Source of the DNA: Promethearchaeia archaeon
GTDB taxonomy: Archaea; Asgardarchaeota; Lokiarchaeia; Sigyniarchaeales; SOKP01
Assembly: GCA_029856125.1 (NCBI GenBank)
Contig: JAHQWJ010000041.1
Span: forward strand, 1 to 43,191
DNA length: 43,191 bases
Reading direction: 5' to 3'
Shown here: piece by piece, positions 26,008 to 35,510 of the stretch
How positions within the stretch are numbered: the stretch's first letter is position 1
How the letters are laid out: each line of letters opens with the position of its first letter
Program-made: the position numbers and the translations under genes
Notes under the pieces: generated by a model
The model's database searches: none
The model's input: only the letters and a program-made list of their open reading frames with translations
What the model was told of the DNA's origin: nothing

Positions 26008-27003
26008 TTAGGTTGTTGATAAAAAGAGGGTTACTGGCTTTTCGCTTCCTAACAAACCGCCAGAAGTTCTCATATGAATCTCATTAACATTATCTACAGT
26101 TAAGGGTTCAATATTATCCATTTTTTTAACCTCATCTGTGTTTTCGGTGCTACCAATAATTAAAAAAACTCCTTTTAGAGTTTTAATGATAAATGCCAAT
26201 GGAAGCCATTCATAATAAGTGCGTATTTTAGCTTTTGGTGAAGGAAAATATGAATATATTCCACCATAAGTTATTATGGCATGTAAATCCCCAACAAAAC
26301 TTCCACTATAGCGATCTTTGAAATTTCGATTAATTAACGCTTGTTCGTAAGCTTTACATTTATCGGACCACTTTGTTGAATCTCCTCCAAGGCACCTTAT
26401 ACCTCCTTCCATATTATTAGGTAATTTTTTTAACTCTTGATAAATATAATGATAAAAAGTCATACTATATGGGGATGTATCCAGAATGAATTCTGCAACT
26501 TTACCATTAAGAGCTAAAACTAGGTTAGTATAAATCCCATAAAGAACATAGAAACTACAAATAAGAGTTCCCATTTCATTGTATATTCCCACAATCGTCC
26601 CTACGGTTCTATTAACTATAACATTAGATGAACCGTCTACGGGATCTATTGTAATTCCAAACTTTCCATTACCTAGAACAGGTTCAGCTTCTTCAGAAGC
26701 AATAAATAGAAAATTGGCATCGCTTTCTTGGAGTGCTTTCAGGATAATGCTATGTGTTAATACATCCTCGTGAATTTGGGCTTCCCCATAAAGATTGATT
26801 GTATGCTTTTCTACATTTTCAATTTCCATTCTTTGTTCGATTTCGCGTGATGTTATTCCTCTTTCTAATAAACCCCTAATGGGAATCGTAGCATCAGCAA
26901 TTGTTTCAATAATCTCAATTAATTCGTCCCTATCTGAAAATGAATGTGGAATATCATTATCCAACCATTTTGATAATTTAATACTTTCTATTCTTTCGCT
27001 CAT
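26008..27003 (-). CDS. fbp: Fructose-1,6-bisphosphatase class I (divergent)
   Basis: ASEE; IDPVDGSSN; RYSGSFVGDLH; GGIYSY; KIRTYYE..PLAFI. Confidence 0.82.
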   Translation of the reverse strand: MSERIESIKLSKWLDNDIPHSFSDRDELIEIIETIADATIPIRGLLERGITSREIEQRMEIENVEKHTINLYGEAQIHEDVLTHSIILKALQESDANFLFIASEEAEPVLGNGKFGITIDPVDGSSNVIVNRTVGTIVGIYNEMGTLICSFYVLYGIYTNLVLALNGKVAEFILDTSPYSMTFYHYIYQELKKLPNNMEGGIRCLGGDSTKWSDKCKAYEQALINRNFKDRYSGSFVGDLHAIITYGGIYSYFPSPKAKIRTYYEWLPLAFIIKTLKGVFLIIGSTENTDEVKKMDNIEPLTVDNVNEIHMRTSGGLLGSEKPVTLFLSTT

Positions 27004-27085
27004 TAAAACAACTCATTAAATAATTTCTAAATGTTAGTTCTCGAATTAAAATAATGAGCTATAATTGATAATCTTTTATAATTTT

Positions 27086-27778
27086 TTATTCAAAACCGCG
27101 TTTAGTTAACATGGAATTTAGCATAAACGGTGTATTATCATTTCCTCTATCTAAAACAAACCTTCGGTTATTTGCTATATCTGTTCGTTCGATTTTGATA
27201 GAATTTGTCACCCAATATTGCATAACATTACCACCGCTTTCCACTTCGAAAGTTTGCCCTTCTTGAGTTCTTCTACTATTTTCATTTACAATCAAGATAC
27301 TAATCTCATATTTTTGTTCTAAATTAACCAAATTAGCTAACAATTGATTTAGTCGATAATTCAGAATAACATTTTTTCCTTTTTTCTCATGATTTAATTC
27401 TAATCGATATAAATCCGTTATAGAGTCTATAATTATTAAATTAAATGTCACATTCTTAGTTTTTAAATCATTTAGAACGACAAATTCCAAATTAAATATA
27501 AAATTGAATATATCATCAAAATTCGTGGCATGAATAAATATAATACGTTCTAAAACATCCTCTAAATTGTTTTCAAACACAGCACTAATTTTTTTGAATG
27601 GAAAATTTGGTTTTGTGTATATATAAAGCACTTTTTTTTTATTTAGCGCATATATATTAGCTGTTTGAAGTGATAATGTAGTTTTCCCAACACCAAAGTC
27701 ACCCCATAATGAAGTTATTCCCTTTTTGGCACCATTAGATTTAAAGAACTCATTTATTTTAGTTAAGGGAAATTGCAT
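27086..27778 (-). CDS. radB: RadB-like RecA-family ATPase
   Basis: GITSLWGDFGVGKTTLSLQ; LIIIDSITDLYR; GGNVMQYW; no N-terminal domain. Confidence 0.72.
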   Translation of the reverse strand: MQFPLTKINEFFKSNGAKKGITSLWGDFGVGKTTLSLQTANIYALNKKKVLYIYTKPNFPFKKISAVFENNLEDVLERIIFIHATNFDDIFNFIFNLEFVVLNDLKTKNVTFNLIIIDSITDLYRLELNHEKKGKNVILNYRLNQLLANLVNLEQKYEISILIVNENSRRTQEGQTFEVESGGNVMQYWVTNSIKIERTDIANNRRFVLDRGNDNTPFMLNSMLTKRGFE

Positions 27779-27820
27779 AATTAAAAATTTTTAATTGTTT
27801 CTTTAATTTATATAATTAAT

Positions 27821-28669
27821 TTGAGAAATCAACCTTTATATATCTTAACAGAGGATTTAAATTTCTTCTATATAATAAAGAGTGAGTTAGATAAGTATAA
27901 AATTCATTTTCAAATCCTAAATTTAGATTCTAAAATTCCCGATATTCCATCAATCATACTTACAACTTCCAATGATTATCAAAAACTTGGAAATAAAAAT
28001 CGTGTTAATTATCTTGTCTATTCAAAAAATATTGATTTTGGTAACTATTTCTTACATGTTATTGCTACTGTGAGAATAGGATACAAGAAGTTTTATTCTA
28101 ATTTAACTTTTTCTATCGATCCCGGTAAAAAGCTAGGCTTAATGGTTTTTTTAGATGATTATTATCTAGATTCATACTGTTGTTTTGAAAGTAGTGATTT
28201 CTTTGCTATTGTTCATAAGTATATAGCCATATTTGAAGAAGATAATCCAACTCTGATGAAATTAAACTTCAAATTGGGGCGAGGTGTTCTTGACATCACT
28301 CATGATTTAGTAAAGCAAATTTACTTCATGTTTCAGAATCGAAAGTATCTCAGAGTATGTTTAATCGATGAGTTTAAGTCGTCGCAATTTAAATTATCAA
28401 AAAATACAATTGGCAAAAAGTTTACAAAAGATGAAATTTCAGCTTTGATATTGGCGTTTAGATTTGGAATCGATGTTAGATATGATAATTATAACGATAT
28501 TTTTAAACAGTTAAGGATGAAAAAAATATTTATCAGAAAAAATAACACAGAGAGATCTAAAAATCGTGATGAACCCTTTTTATTATTAGAGGAAATAATA
28601 GTTAATGTTTTGAATGGGAAGTTATCTCTCAGTAAAGCTATAGAAATTACATCCGCTAATAATGGATAA
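27821..28669 (+). CDS. YqgF/RuvC-like RNase H-fold protein
   Basis: SIDPGKKLGL (first-strand Asp); IDEFKSS; DEISALILA; TTG start; divergent from the radB-like gene. Confidence 0.62.
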   Translation: MRNQPLYILTEDLNFFYIIKSELDKYKIHFQILNLDSKIPDIPSIILTTSNDYQKLGNKNRVNYLVYSKNIDFGNYFLHVIATVRIGYKKFYSNLTFSIDPGKKLGLMVFLDDYYLDSYCCFESSDFFAIVHKYIAIFEEDNPTLMKLNFKLGRGVLDITHDLVKQIYFMFQNRKYLRVCLIDEFKSSQFKLSKNTIGKKFTKDEISALILAFRFGIDVRYDNYNDIFKQLRMKKIFIRKNNTERSKNRDEPFLLLEEIIVNVLNGKLSLSKAIEITSANNG

Positions 28670-28810
28670 TAAAAAAATATTTATCTTTTTTACAATTTTA
28701 TATTAATAAGAACGATAAAAGCATATTACTTTTTTCACTGAAATGCAAAAATATATTTTCTTGATGAGAATGCATTTTACATTCCTGTCGTGTAGGGGAT
28801 ATTCAGAATT

Positions 28811-29908
28811 ATGAAAAGAATTAGAAGTATCGATATCTTCAGAGGTATTTGTATATTCTATATGACTTTTGGGCACATGGTTAATTGGTGGATTTCTCAA
28901 GGAGATTTCTGGTTATATGAGATTATTTGGAATTATGGTGCTCCAGTAGGAGGTGGTGGATTTTTATTAGTTTCAGGTATGAGTGCTTCAATATCCTTTA
29001 AGAGAAATCAGCTGAAGGCTCAAAGTTCTCAAGAATTTAATATGAAACGAGCTAGAAATGTTTATATGTTGAGGTGTTTGTTCATCTTCTTAATCTCTTT
29101 ATTATGGAATTTCATAGGTACACTTTTCATGGGACTTTCAGGAGTATGGTTATGGTTTGTAATACAAACAATTTCAGTATCTTTGTTTATGGCTTGGCCG
29201 TTTTTAAAAACATCCAGAATTTTTAGATTATCCATGTGTTTTGTATTTTGGATTGGTAACGAATTTGTATTCTATTGGTTGGCTCCTTACAGTAACACAC
29301 AAAACATATTAGGGTATCTTTTCTATTTTCTTTACAATTCTCCGGATCAAAATGTCATTTTGGGTTATTTTCCTTTTCTTCTTTTAGGAACCGTAATCGG
29401 TGATGTATTTTTCGAATCTAATGGTATTGACAATCTAATCGAAAGAAAATTGTTCTTAAAGAAGAAGATTTCTAGAAACGGTCTATTATTTGGAGGGTTT
29501 CTAATAACATTTGGACTGTTATATAATTTTCCTGATTTCTCGAATAAATCAACCTTTGCTTCACATATATTTATTGTTGGTATTCAACTTATAATAATGG
29601 CATTTTTGGTTTATATTAAAGAGATTAGAGTAATAAGTTTCCAAAAAAGTTATAGATTTTTTGAAATTTATTCTTTTTATTCTTTTACTTTATTCATTGC
29701 TCATGAAATTCTTTTCTTCCTATTTCAACCTATTTTTAATTTTATTAACATTTGGTGCGTAATTATCCCCATTTTAATTGCGTGGACTTTTCTATTTCGA
29801 TTTATTTACATAAAATGGGATAAAAACGCTTCACTTAAATTTCTAATTAATAAAATAGCTGTTGCTATAGCAGATAGAATTGAAATCGTTAAAGCAGGGA
29901 AGCATTAG
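28811..29908 (+). CDS. DUF1624 / HGSNAT-like transmembrane acyltransferase, copy 1
   Basis: RIRSIDIFRG; GH in TM1; FLLVSGMS; about 10 TM helices. Confidence 0.8.
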   Translation: MKRIRSIDIFRGICIFYMTFGHMVNWWISQGDFWLYEIIWNYGAPVGGGGFLLVSGMSASISFKRNQLKAQSSQEFNMKRARNVYMLRCLFIFLISLLWNFIGTLFMGLSGVWLWFVIQTISVSLFMAWPFLKTSRIFRLSMCFVFWIGNEFVFYWLAPYSNTQNILGYLFYFLYNSPDQNVILGYFPFLLLGTVIGDVFFESNGIDNLIERKLFLKKKISRNGLLFGGFLITFGLLYNFPDFSNKSTFASHIFIVGIQLIIMAFLVYIKEIRVISFQKSYRFFEIYSFYSFTLFIAHEILFFLFQPIFNFINIWCVIIPILIAWTFLFRFIYIKWDKNASLKFLINKIAVAIADRIEIVKAGKH

Positions 29909-30006
29909 CACTCTAACTTCTAAATCAAAAAATAAAATGAAAAGATAAAATGTAAATCTTCTAAAAAACAAACGATCGAAAAATCAATATTAAAACAAAA
30001 ATCATT

Positions 30007-31101
30007 ATGGAGAGACTAAAAAGCATAGATATATTTCGCGGATTATGTATGAGTTGGATGTTTCTCGGTCATTTAATAGAATGGTGGATTAGAGAGGAAT
30101 ATCTTTGGGTAAGAACATTTACATTTTTTATCTTTGATCCCATCGGAGCCTCTGGATTTTTGTTCATTTCGGGTGTTAGTATAACTCTATCGTACCGCAA
30201 CCGATTATACAGGGTTGAGGAAATAAAAGACCTAAGTTATTCAAGGGTGAAGATGTCTTACTTTTTAAGGGCATTTTTTTTACTAGCAATAGCGATAATC
30301 TATAATACTGCTATAGCTCTTTCTTATCAATTATCGTGGATTTGGACATGGTTTGTGCTTATGACTGCTGCTTTTTCACTGTTATTAATGTGGCCATTAT
30401 TTAATCTTTCAAAAATATCAAGAATTTTAATTGGCGTCATAATTTGGTTTATCAGTCAGTATCTTTATTTATTGCTCTCTCCATATCAAAATCAATTAAA
30501 TATTCAAGGGATATTTTATCACTTTTTTTATAACGATTATAGTCAAGATCCATTATTAATTTTTTTTTCATTTTTTCTTTTTGGAACTGTAGTTGGCGAC
30601 ATTTTGAATAATCTAAATAACAACAGAAACCCTGAACTTAAGAGAAAACAATTAAAGAAGAAAATAATAATACCTACAAGTCTTATTAGTTTAGGTTTAA
30701 TTTTATTCGGCGTATTGTTTAACTTTCCATCATTTCTGAGCAGAAGTAGTCTTTCTTGGCTATTTTACGCAATAGGAATCGATTTATTAGTGTTAATGAT
30801 CTTAATAATTCTTGAGGAATATAAGATATTCAGCACTAAGAAAAGTTATCGCGTATTTTTCTATTTCTCCTATTATTCATTTACGGTCTATTTAGGACAT
30901 AATTTCTTATATTTCATATTTTATAAAAAATTAGACTTGGTAACTATTTGGATTGCCGTAGTCTTAACATTTTTAGTGTTTAGTTTGTTTCTCAGACAAA
31001 TATATAAAATGTGGGGTTGGAAAGCGTCGTTAAAGGCAGTATTAGGAAAAACTAGTTTCAAGTTAGCATATAAAATCGAGGAAAAGAAAAGAAGAGAATA
31101 A
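30007..31101 (+). CDS. DUF1624 / HGSNAT-like transmembrane acyltransferase, copy 2
   Basis: RLKSIDIFRG; LGH; FLFISGVS; colinear with copy 1. Confidence 0.8.
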   Translation: MERLKSIDIFRGLCMSWMFLGHLIEWWIREEYLWVRTFTFFIFDPIGASGFLFISGVSITLSYRNRLYRVEEIKDLSYSRVKMSYFLRAFFLLAIAIIYNTAIALSYQLSWIWTWFVLMTAAFSLLLMWPLFNLSKISRILIGVIIWFISQYLYLLLSPYQNQLNIQGIFYHFFYNDYSQDPLLIFFSFFLFGTVVGDILNNLNNNRNPELKRKQLKKKIIIPTSLISLGLILFGVLFNFPSFLSRSSLSWLFYAIGIDLLVLMILIILEEYKIFSTKKSYRVFFYFSYYSFTVYLGHNFLYFIFYKKLDLVTIWIAVVLTFLVFSLFLRQIYKMWGWKASLKAVLGKTSFKLAYKIEEKKRRE

Positions 31102-31187
31102 ATGTGGGATTTTATTGTATTTATATTGATGTAAGACTACACTCTCATTATTTAGAATTAAAAGTTTGATAAATTGAGATTAGAAAG

Positions 31188-31994
31188 ATGAAAGAACGCT
31201 TAGATATCGTATTAGTAGATAGGAGATTAGTAGAAAGCAGGACAAAAGCACAGTGGTTAATTAAGAGCGGTTTTGTTTTTGTAAATGATGCGAAAATTCT
31301 AAAATCTAGCAAGAGGGTTGATATTAACTCGAAAATTAACCTTACAAAAAAATATCCTTATGTTGGAAGGGGGGGTCTAAAATTAGAAGCTGCTCTTAAA
31401 AGTTTTTCAGTCGATGTTCAAGGAAAAATTTGTGTTGATATTGGTGCATCAGTTGGAGGTTTTACAGATTGCTTGTTGCAACATGGTGCGTTAAAAATTT
31501 ATACAGTTGATACTGCCACTGATTTACTTCATCCGTCTTTAACATGCAAAGATGATAAGATTGTAGAATTCTTTGGCGTTGATGCAAGAGAATTGACATC
31601 CTTACCAGAGAAGGTAGATATTACAACTATAGATGTAACCTTCTCTTCACTCAGGTCAGTTCTTCCAAATGTTAAGAGTTATTTAAAGCAAGATGGAGAT
31701 ATCATTGTTTTAGTTAAGCCTCTTTTTGAAACCAATTTTCAGCAAGAAAAAAAATTTAAAATTATAAACGATTTATATAAGAGAATTTTAAGAGAATTCA
31801 TAGGATGGAGCAAAATGAACTCACTATATCCTAAAGGTTTAATCGCTTCTCCATTGTTAGGAAAAGGAGGATCAATTGAATTTTTGGTACATTTTCAGAT
31901 CGATAAGGAATTTGTTTTTAAAACTGATAATACTATTGATGAAGCCTTAAAGGATGCCAAAGAATTAAATTCTAATTACTTGGATAGTTTTTAA
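31188..31994 (+). CDS. tlyA: TlyA-family rRNA 2'-O-methyltransferase (S4 plus FtsJ domains)
   Basis: RLDIVLVDR..ESRTKAQ (S4 domain); YVGRGGLKLE; DIGASVGGFTDCLLQHGA; LVKPLFE; SPLLG..GSIEFL. Confidence 0.9.
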   Translation: MKERLDIVLVDRRLVESRTKAQWLIKSGFVFVNDAKILKSSKRVDINSKINLTKKYPYVGRGGLKLEAALKSFSVDVQGKICVDIGASVGGFTDCLLQHGALKIYTVDTATDLLHPSLTCKDDKIVEFFGVDARELTSLPEKVDITTIDVTFSSLRSVLPNVKSYLKQDGDIIVLVKPLFETNFQQEKKFKIINDLYKRILREFIGWSKMNSLYPKGLIASPLLGKGGSIEFLVHFQIDKEFVFKTDNTIDEALKDAKELNSNYLDSF

Positions 31995-33141
31995 AAAGAC
32001 TTCCCCAAGCGGTATCAAAGAATTTATTAATCCTTTTCTTTCCGATTGTTGGATACCATAACATATCATGAAATACTAAAGATCCTAAAATCGGTAATGT
32101 AAAAAAGATTTTATTATGTAGCAAAGGATTTAAAAATTGTAAGGACCCTTTTCTAACCATCTGATCTCCCCATATTATTAAACTTCGTTTAACCTTGAAA
32201 TTCCAATTTATTCCCGATACATTCTCTCCAATAATTTCAATATCCTCGAAATCACCGCATCCTAACCCTTCTTCGTGGGCTAATTTAATAGCAGGAAGTT
32301 TTAATGGTTCGAATCCTAACATTTTTGCAACTACAGTATCTACAGCAACTTGATCATATCCAGCGAGGAGATAATTTTTAATCCGAGGAATCATTGTTCT
32401 TGGCCCGGCTCCATCTCCGCATACTGTTCCATCTACTATTGCCATTATGCTTGGATGAATTTGTTTTTGAATGATTAATAAATCTACTAAAACTTCAGAC
32501 ATAAACTGATGACTAAAATGCCTTCTTTTGGTCAACAGCCCTCCAAAAGCATTTTTCATAGCGCACGTTATCCCTCCATTTTTTGATTCTTCCTTTGTCT
32601 GTTTTAAGGAACCTCCAATCGCTCCAGTATGACCGTGAGTTTTCATTGTGGGCAAGTGAATTATTGGTTTTCCTACATAAAATTCAGGAATTTTAAATCC
32701 TCCTGGAAATATTTTAGAATCTAGAACGTGTAATTTCTTGTTTTTTAAGGTAATAAATCGGTGCTTTTGGGATTCATACGGTACAAAAGGAATTCTAGTT
32801 AAAGGGATGAACCTTACTCCATATTTATCTATAATAGGGCCCCACTTATTTCCTTTTAGTCCCTTTTCTATATTGGTCACAACAGTCCGATTTTCAGCGG
32901 TAAAGATATTTTTTGGCTCGTAACCATCGTCCAGCATGGTTTTAATGACGCCTTCCACTTGCCAAGGAGGGCTAGAACACGATGGGAAAAATTTTGACCA
33001 GCTTAAATTTAATTTTAGTATGTTTTTAGATTTTTTATCGTAATGCTTACTATATTCTGCTAAATGCATTAATTTCTTATAATCCTCTAAAATCGTTTTA
33101 GGGGAAGTTTTCACAACATATATTTGCGATTTTTTGGACAT
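31972..33141 (-). CDS. DUF362 domain protein
   Basis: LKLNLSW; HLPTMKTH; AMKNAFGGLL; DGTVCGDGAGPR; DQVAVD. Confidence 0.85.
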   Translation of the reverse strand: MSKKSQIYVVKTSPKTILEDYKKLMHLAEYSKHYDKKSKNILKLNLSWSKFFPSCSSPPWQVEGVIKTMLDDGYEPKNIFTAENRTVVTNIEKGLKGNKWGPIIDKYGVRFIPLTRIPFVPYESQKHRFITLKNKKLHVLDSKIFPGGFKIPEFYVGKPIIHLPTMKTHGHTGAIGGSLKQTKEESKNGGITCAMKNAFGGLLTKRRHFSHQFMSEVLVDLLIIQKQIHPSIMAIVDGTVCGDGAGPRTMIPRIKNYLLAGYDQVAVDTVVAKMLGFEPLKLPAIKLAHEEGLGCGDFEDIEIIGENVSGINWNFKVKRSLIIWGDQMVRKGSLQFLNPLLHNKIFFTLPILGSLVFHDMLWYPTIGKKRINKFFDTAWGSLFKNYPSN

Positions 33142-33435
33142 GATTAATTAGTAAAATGTGATATAATTTATTTTTTTTGTGAAATTGTAGTTAACGTTGG
33201 ATATTTTCTTGAAGAGTCTGCGATGTAATATAAGAAGATTGGTTAATGAAAAAATGATAAAGATTACCTAAATACATAAGCACAACTTTCTCTGCCATGT
33301 GTTGTATTACGCTCAAGTCGTTGATAATGGATCTAAAAGACAAATCAAATCTCAGTTGAAGGTTTTTTAATAAAGTTAAAGTTTGTACCTGTACAGAGAT
33401 ATCCAAAGAAATGATGTAAATAATCCCAAATAACG

Positions 33436-33918
33436 TTACCATTTTATAGGAAGAAGGTATTCCGGGAAGATTGTTGCGTAAATTGCTAGAAAAACTATAA
33501 TTACTACTACTAAAAATATAATCAGAAGTATAAAACCCTTAATATCTTCAGGTGAAAAACGAAATCTACTTTTAATTTTGTACTTCGGGACATATCGTTT
33601 CTGAATTAGCCATTTTTTATAAGCTTTTGTTAGTTTTCCATTTTTTAATGGATTTTCACCCGTTGATCTCTTAAAAGATTCTTGATATTCTACGGAATTT
33701 AACGAATTATAGGCTTTTCTGATTTTTACTTTTCTAATGGCAAAATCTATACTTGATAGACTGATGATTATCGTAGGTATTGATATATACCAGTTAAAAA
33801 CTATTAACAATACAAAACGAATTATGTATGTGTAATAATACGTTGCTAAGAGGATTAATAAGACCATTACACACATAAAAGCGTAGCATTTAAAATCTTC
33901 CTTATCTACTGAAATCAT
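33436..33918 (-). CDS. Hypothetical 3-TM membrane protein
   Basis: Two N-terminal TM helices, a basic loop and a C-terminal TM helix. The longer ORF to 34032 begins in very AT-rich DNA, so the start at 33918 (MISVDK) is preferred. Confidence 0.6.
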   Translation of the reverse strand: MISVDKEDFKCYAFMCVMVLLILLATYYYTYIIRFVLLIVFNWYISIPTIIISLSSIDFAIRKVKIRKAYNSLNSVEYQESFKRSTGENPLKNGKLTKAYKKWLIQKRYVPKYKIKSRFRFSPEDIKGFILLIIFLVVVIIVFLAIYATIFPEYLLPIKW

Positions 33919-34102
33919 AAAATAGACTCTATTTGGTATATTAATTTTAAGTGTATTAATATTAATTAATTTTTCATTTAATTTAAAATTTTTAGTGTTA
34001 AGGGAATTAACATAAATTAAAATATAATTCATAGAAGATTTGAAAGGAATATCGCGAGTTTGTCTAATTACCTTAAGAGTAAATCATTATAATTATCCGA
34101 TT

Positions 34103-35413
34103 TTATTTAATCGATTCTATACTCAAATCTATGCTTTTAATGGCGTTATAACAAATATCTACGCAACCTTTGAGATTTTTGGGTACACATTTATTAGGAG
34201 TATCCCTTGAAGTATGAATAAACGGAGTATCTTTATTTGAAAGAAAACAACACACTTCCATAGTTTTTTGAGTTTTTTTAACGAAAGATCGAAAAGATGT
34301 ATGGTCACTTCTAGGTTCAATAGTCATATCAAATTTTCTTAAGGGAATTTTTAGATTGTTTGCTGTTGTTTCTAAAACATTAACAATATTTTTATTATAG
34401 TTGTTGTTTTTCACAATGCCCGTTTTATTTATAAGCCCTATATCAGTCCCTACCATATCAATATTAATATTATAAGATTCATCAAGGTTATATTCTTGAT
34501 TTAAATCATTAAAATGTTTCACACAGAATTTTCTTGAACCCCATAAGCCATATTCTTCAGCACCACACCATAAAAACAAAATGTCTATTTGTTCGAGGGG
34601 ATTTTTATTCAAAAGTATTGCCAACTCAACTAAAATTGAAACCCCGCTAGCATTATCAATCGAACCGAGTGATTTACTCGGATCCCCGTTTAAAACTAAA
34701 ATAAAGATTGAAATCGTTAAAAATCCAAATGATACGTATGAAAAGTCAGTTATTTTATCAAATAATACGTTATAAAAAGCATTACCGTTTAAAACTGAAA
34801 AATTTATAAGTACATCCCAAACAGAAAGAATCAATGTGGAGCTTATAAAGGGAAAAATTAACGTTCCCTCTATTAAAAAAAAATATTTTTTCAAATTATA
34901 TGAATAATTTTCTGATTTGGAATCATAATGAGCAGAAAAGATAATTAGAGGGCGTTTTGGGGTTTTTTCCTTTGCTGGTATTTTTGCAATTAAATTTTTA
35001 GATTTTTTCCTTTTTCCTATTAACAATCCACTTGTCACATCAAATAAATCTCTTAGAACAATTATGACTGCTACAATTAAAATTAAGTCGATCAATATCA
35101 TAAGCCAATTCAAATTAAGAAAGACTAGTGCCTCGAAGAGAACAGATGAGCTTATTAAAAAAATCGATATTACCTTTACTAAAATCGTAATTGTTTTAGA
35201 CCATTTAAAAGTCTCAGTTTTATTTTCGATGTTTTCCTGAGTTAAAACTTTTTGTAAATACTTTATTGATTTATTTTCACCTTCAGTTCCTGCCTCACGC
35301 TCAAACATTAATGAATGTATATGATTCATAGGCTCGGTTTCATGAGATAATTTTAAATCCGCGATATCGATCACATTGCTCTTAAATAATCTTAAATAAG
35401 ACTTAATGTTCAA
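34103..35413 (-). CDS. M28-family metallopeptidase with inserted transmembrane hairpins
   Basis: SAHYDS; GSIDNASG; GAEEYGLWGS; NIDMVG; SDH; IHTSRDT; four hydrophobic helices in two pairs. Confidence 0.87.
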   Translation of the reverse strand: MNIKSYLRLFKSNVIDIADLKLSHETEPMNHIHSLMFEREAGTEGENKSIKYLQKVLTQENIENKTETFKWSKTITILVKVISIFLISSSVLFEALVFLNLNWLMILIDLILIVAVIIVLRDLFDVTSGLLIGKRKKSKNLIAKIPAKEKTPKRPLIIFSAHYDSKSENYSYNLKKYFFLIEGTLIFPFISSTLILSVWDVLINFSVLNGNAFYNVLFDKITDFSYVSFGFLTISIFILVLNGDPSKSLGSIDNASGVSILVELAILLNKNPLEQIDILFLWCGAEEYGLWGSRKFCVKHFNDLNQEYNLDESYNINIDMVGTDIGLINKTGIVKNNNYNKNIVNVLETTANNLKIPLRKFDMTIEPRSDHTSFRSFVKKTQKTMEVCCFLSNKDTPFIHTSRDTPNKCVPKNLKGCVDICYNAIKSIDLSIESIK

Positions 35414-35510
35414 TATATATCTAAATTTATCAAGATTACTATTATTTGATATAATTAAAAAGGATGAAAATTATTTTTCATTTTTCGAAAAAAGAGCTAA
35501 GATAAAAATA

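Noticed and set aside
32570-32630. ~18-aa insertion in the DUF362 protein between KTHGHT and ITCAMKN
   Set aside because: Probably a variable surface loop; no functional inference is possible.
33191-33442. 83-aa minus-strand ORF overlapping the end of the 3-TM gene
   Set aside because: No recognisable features. It could be real but cannot be supported from sequence alone.
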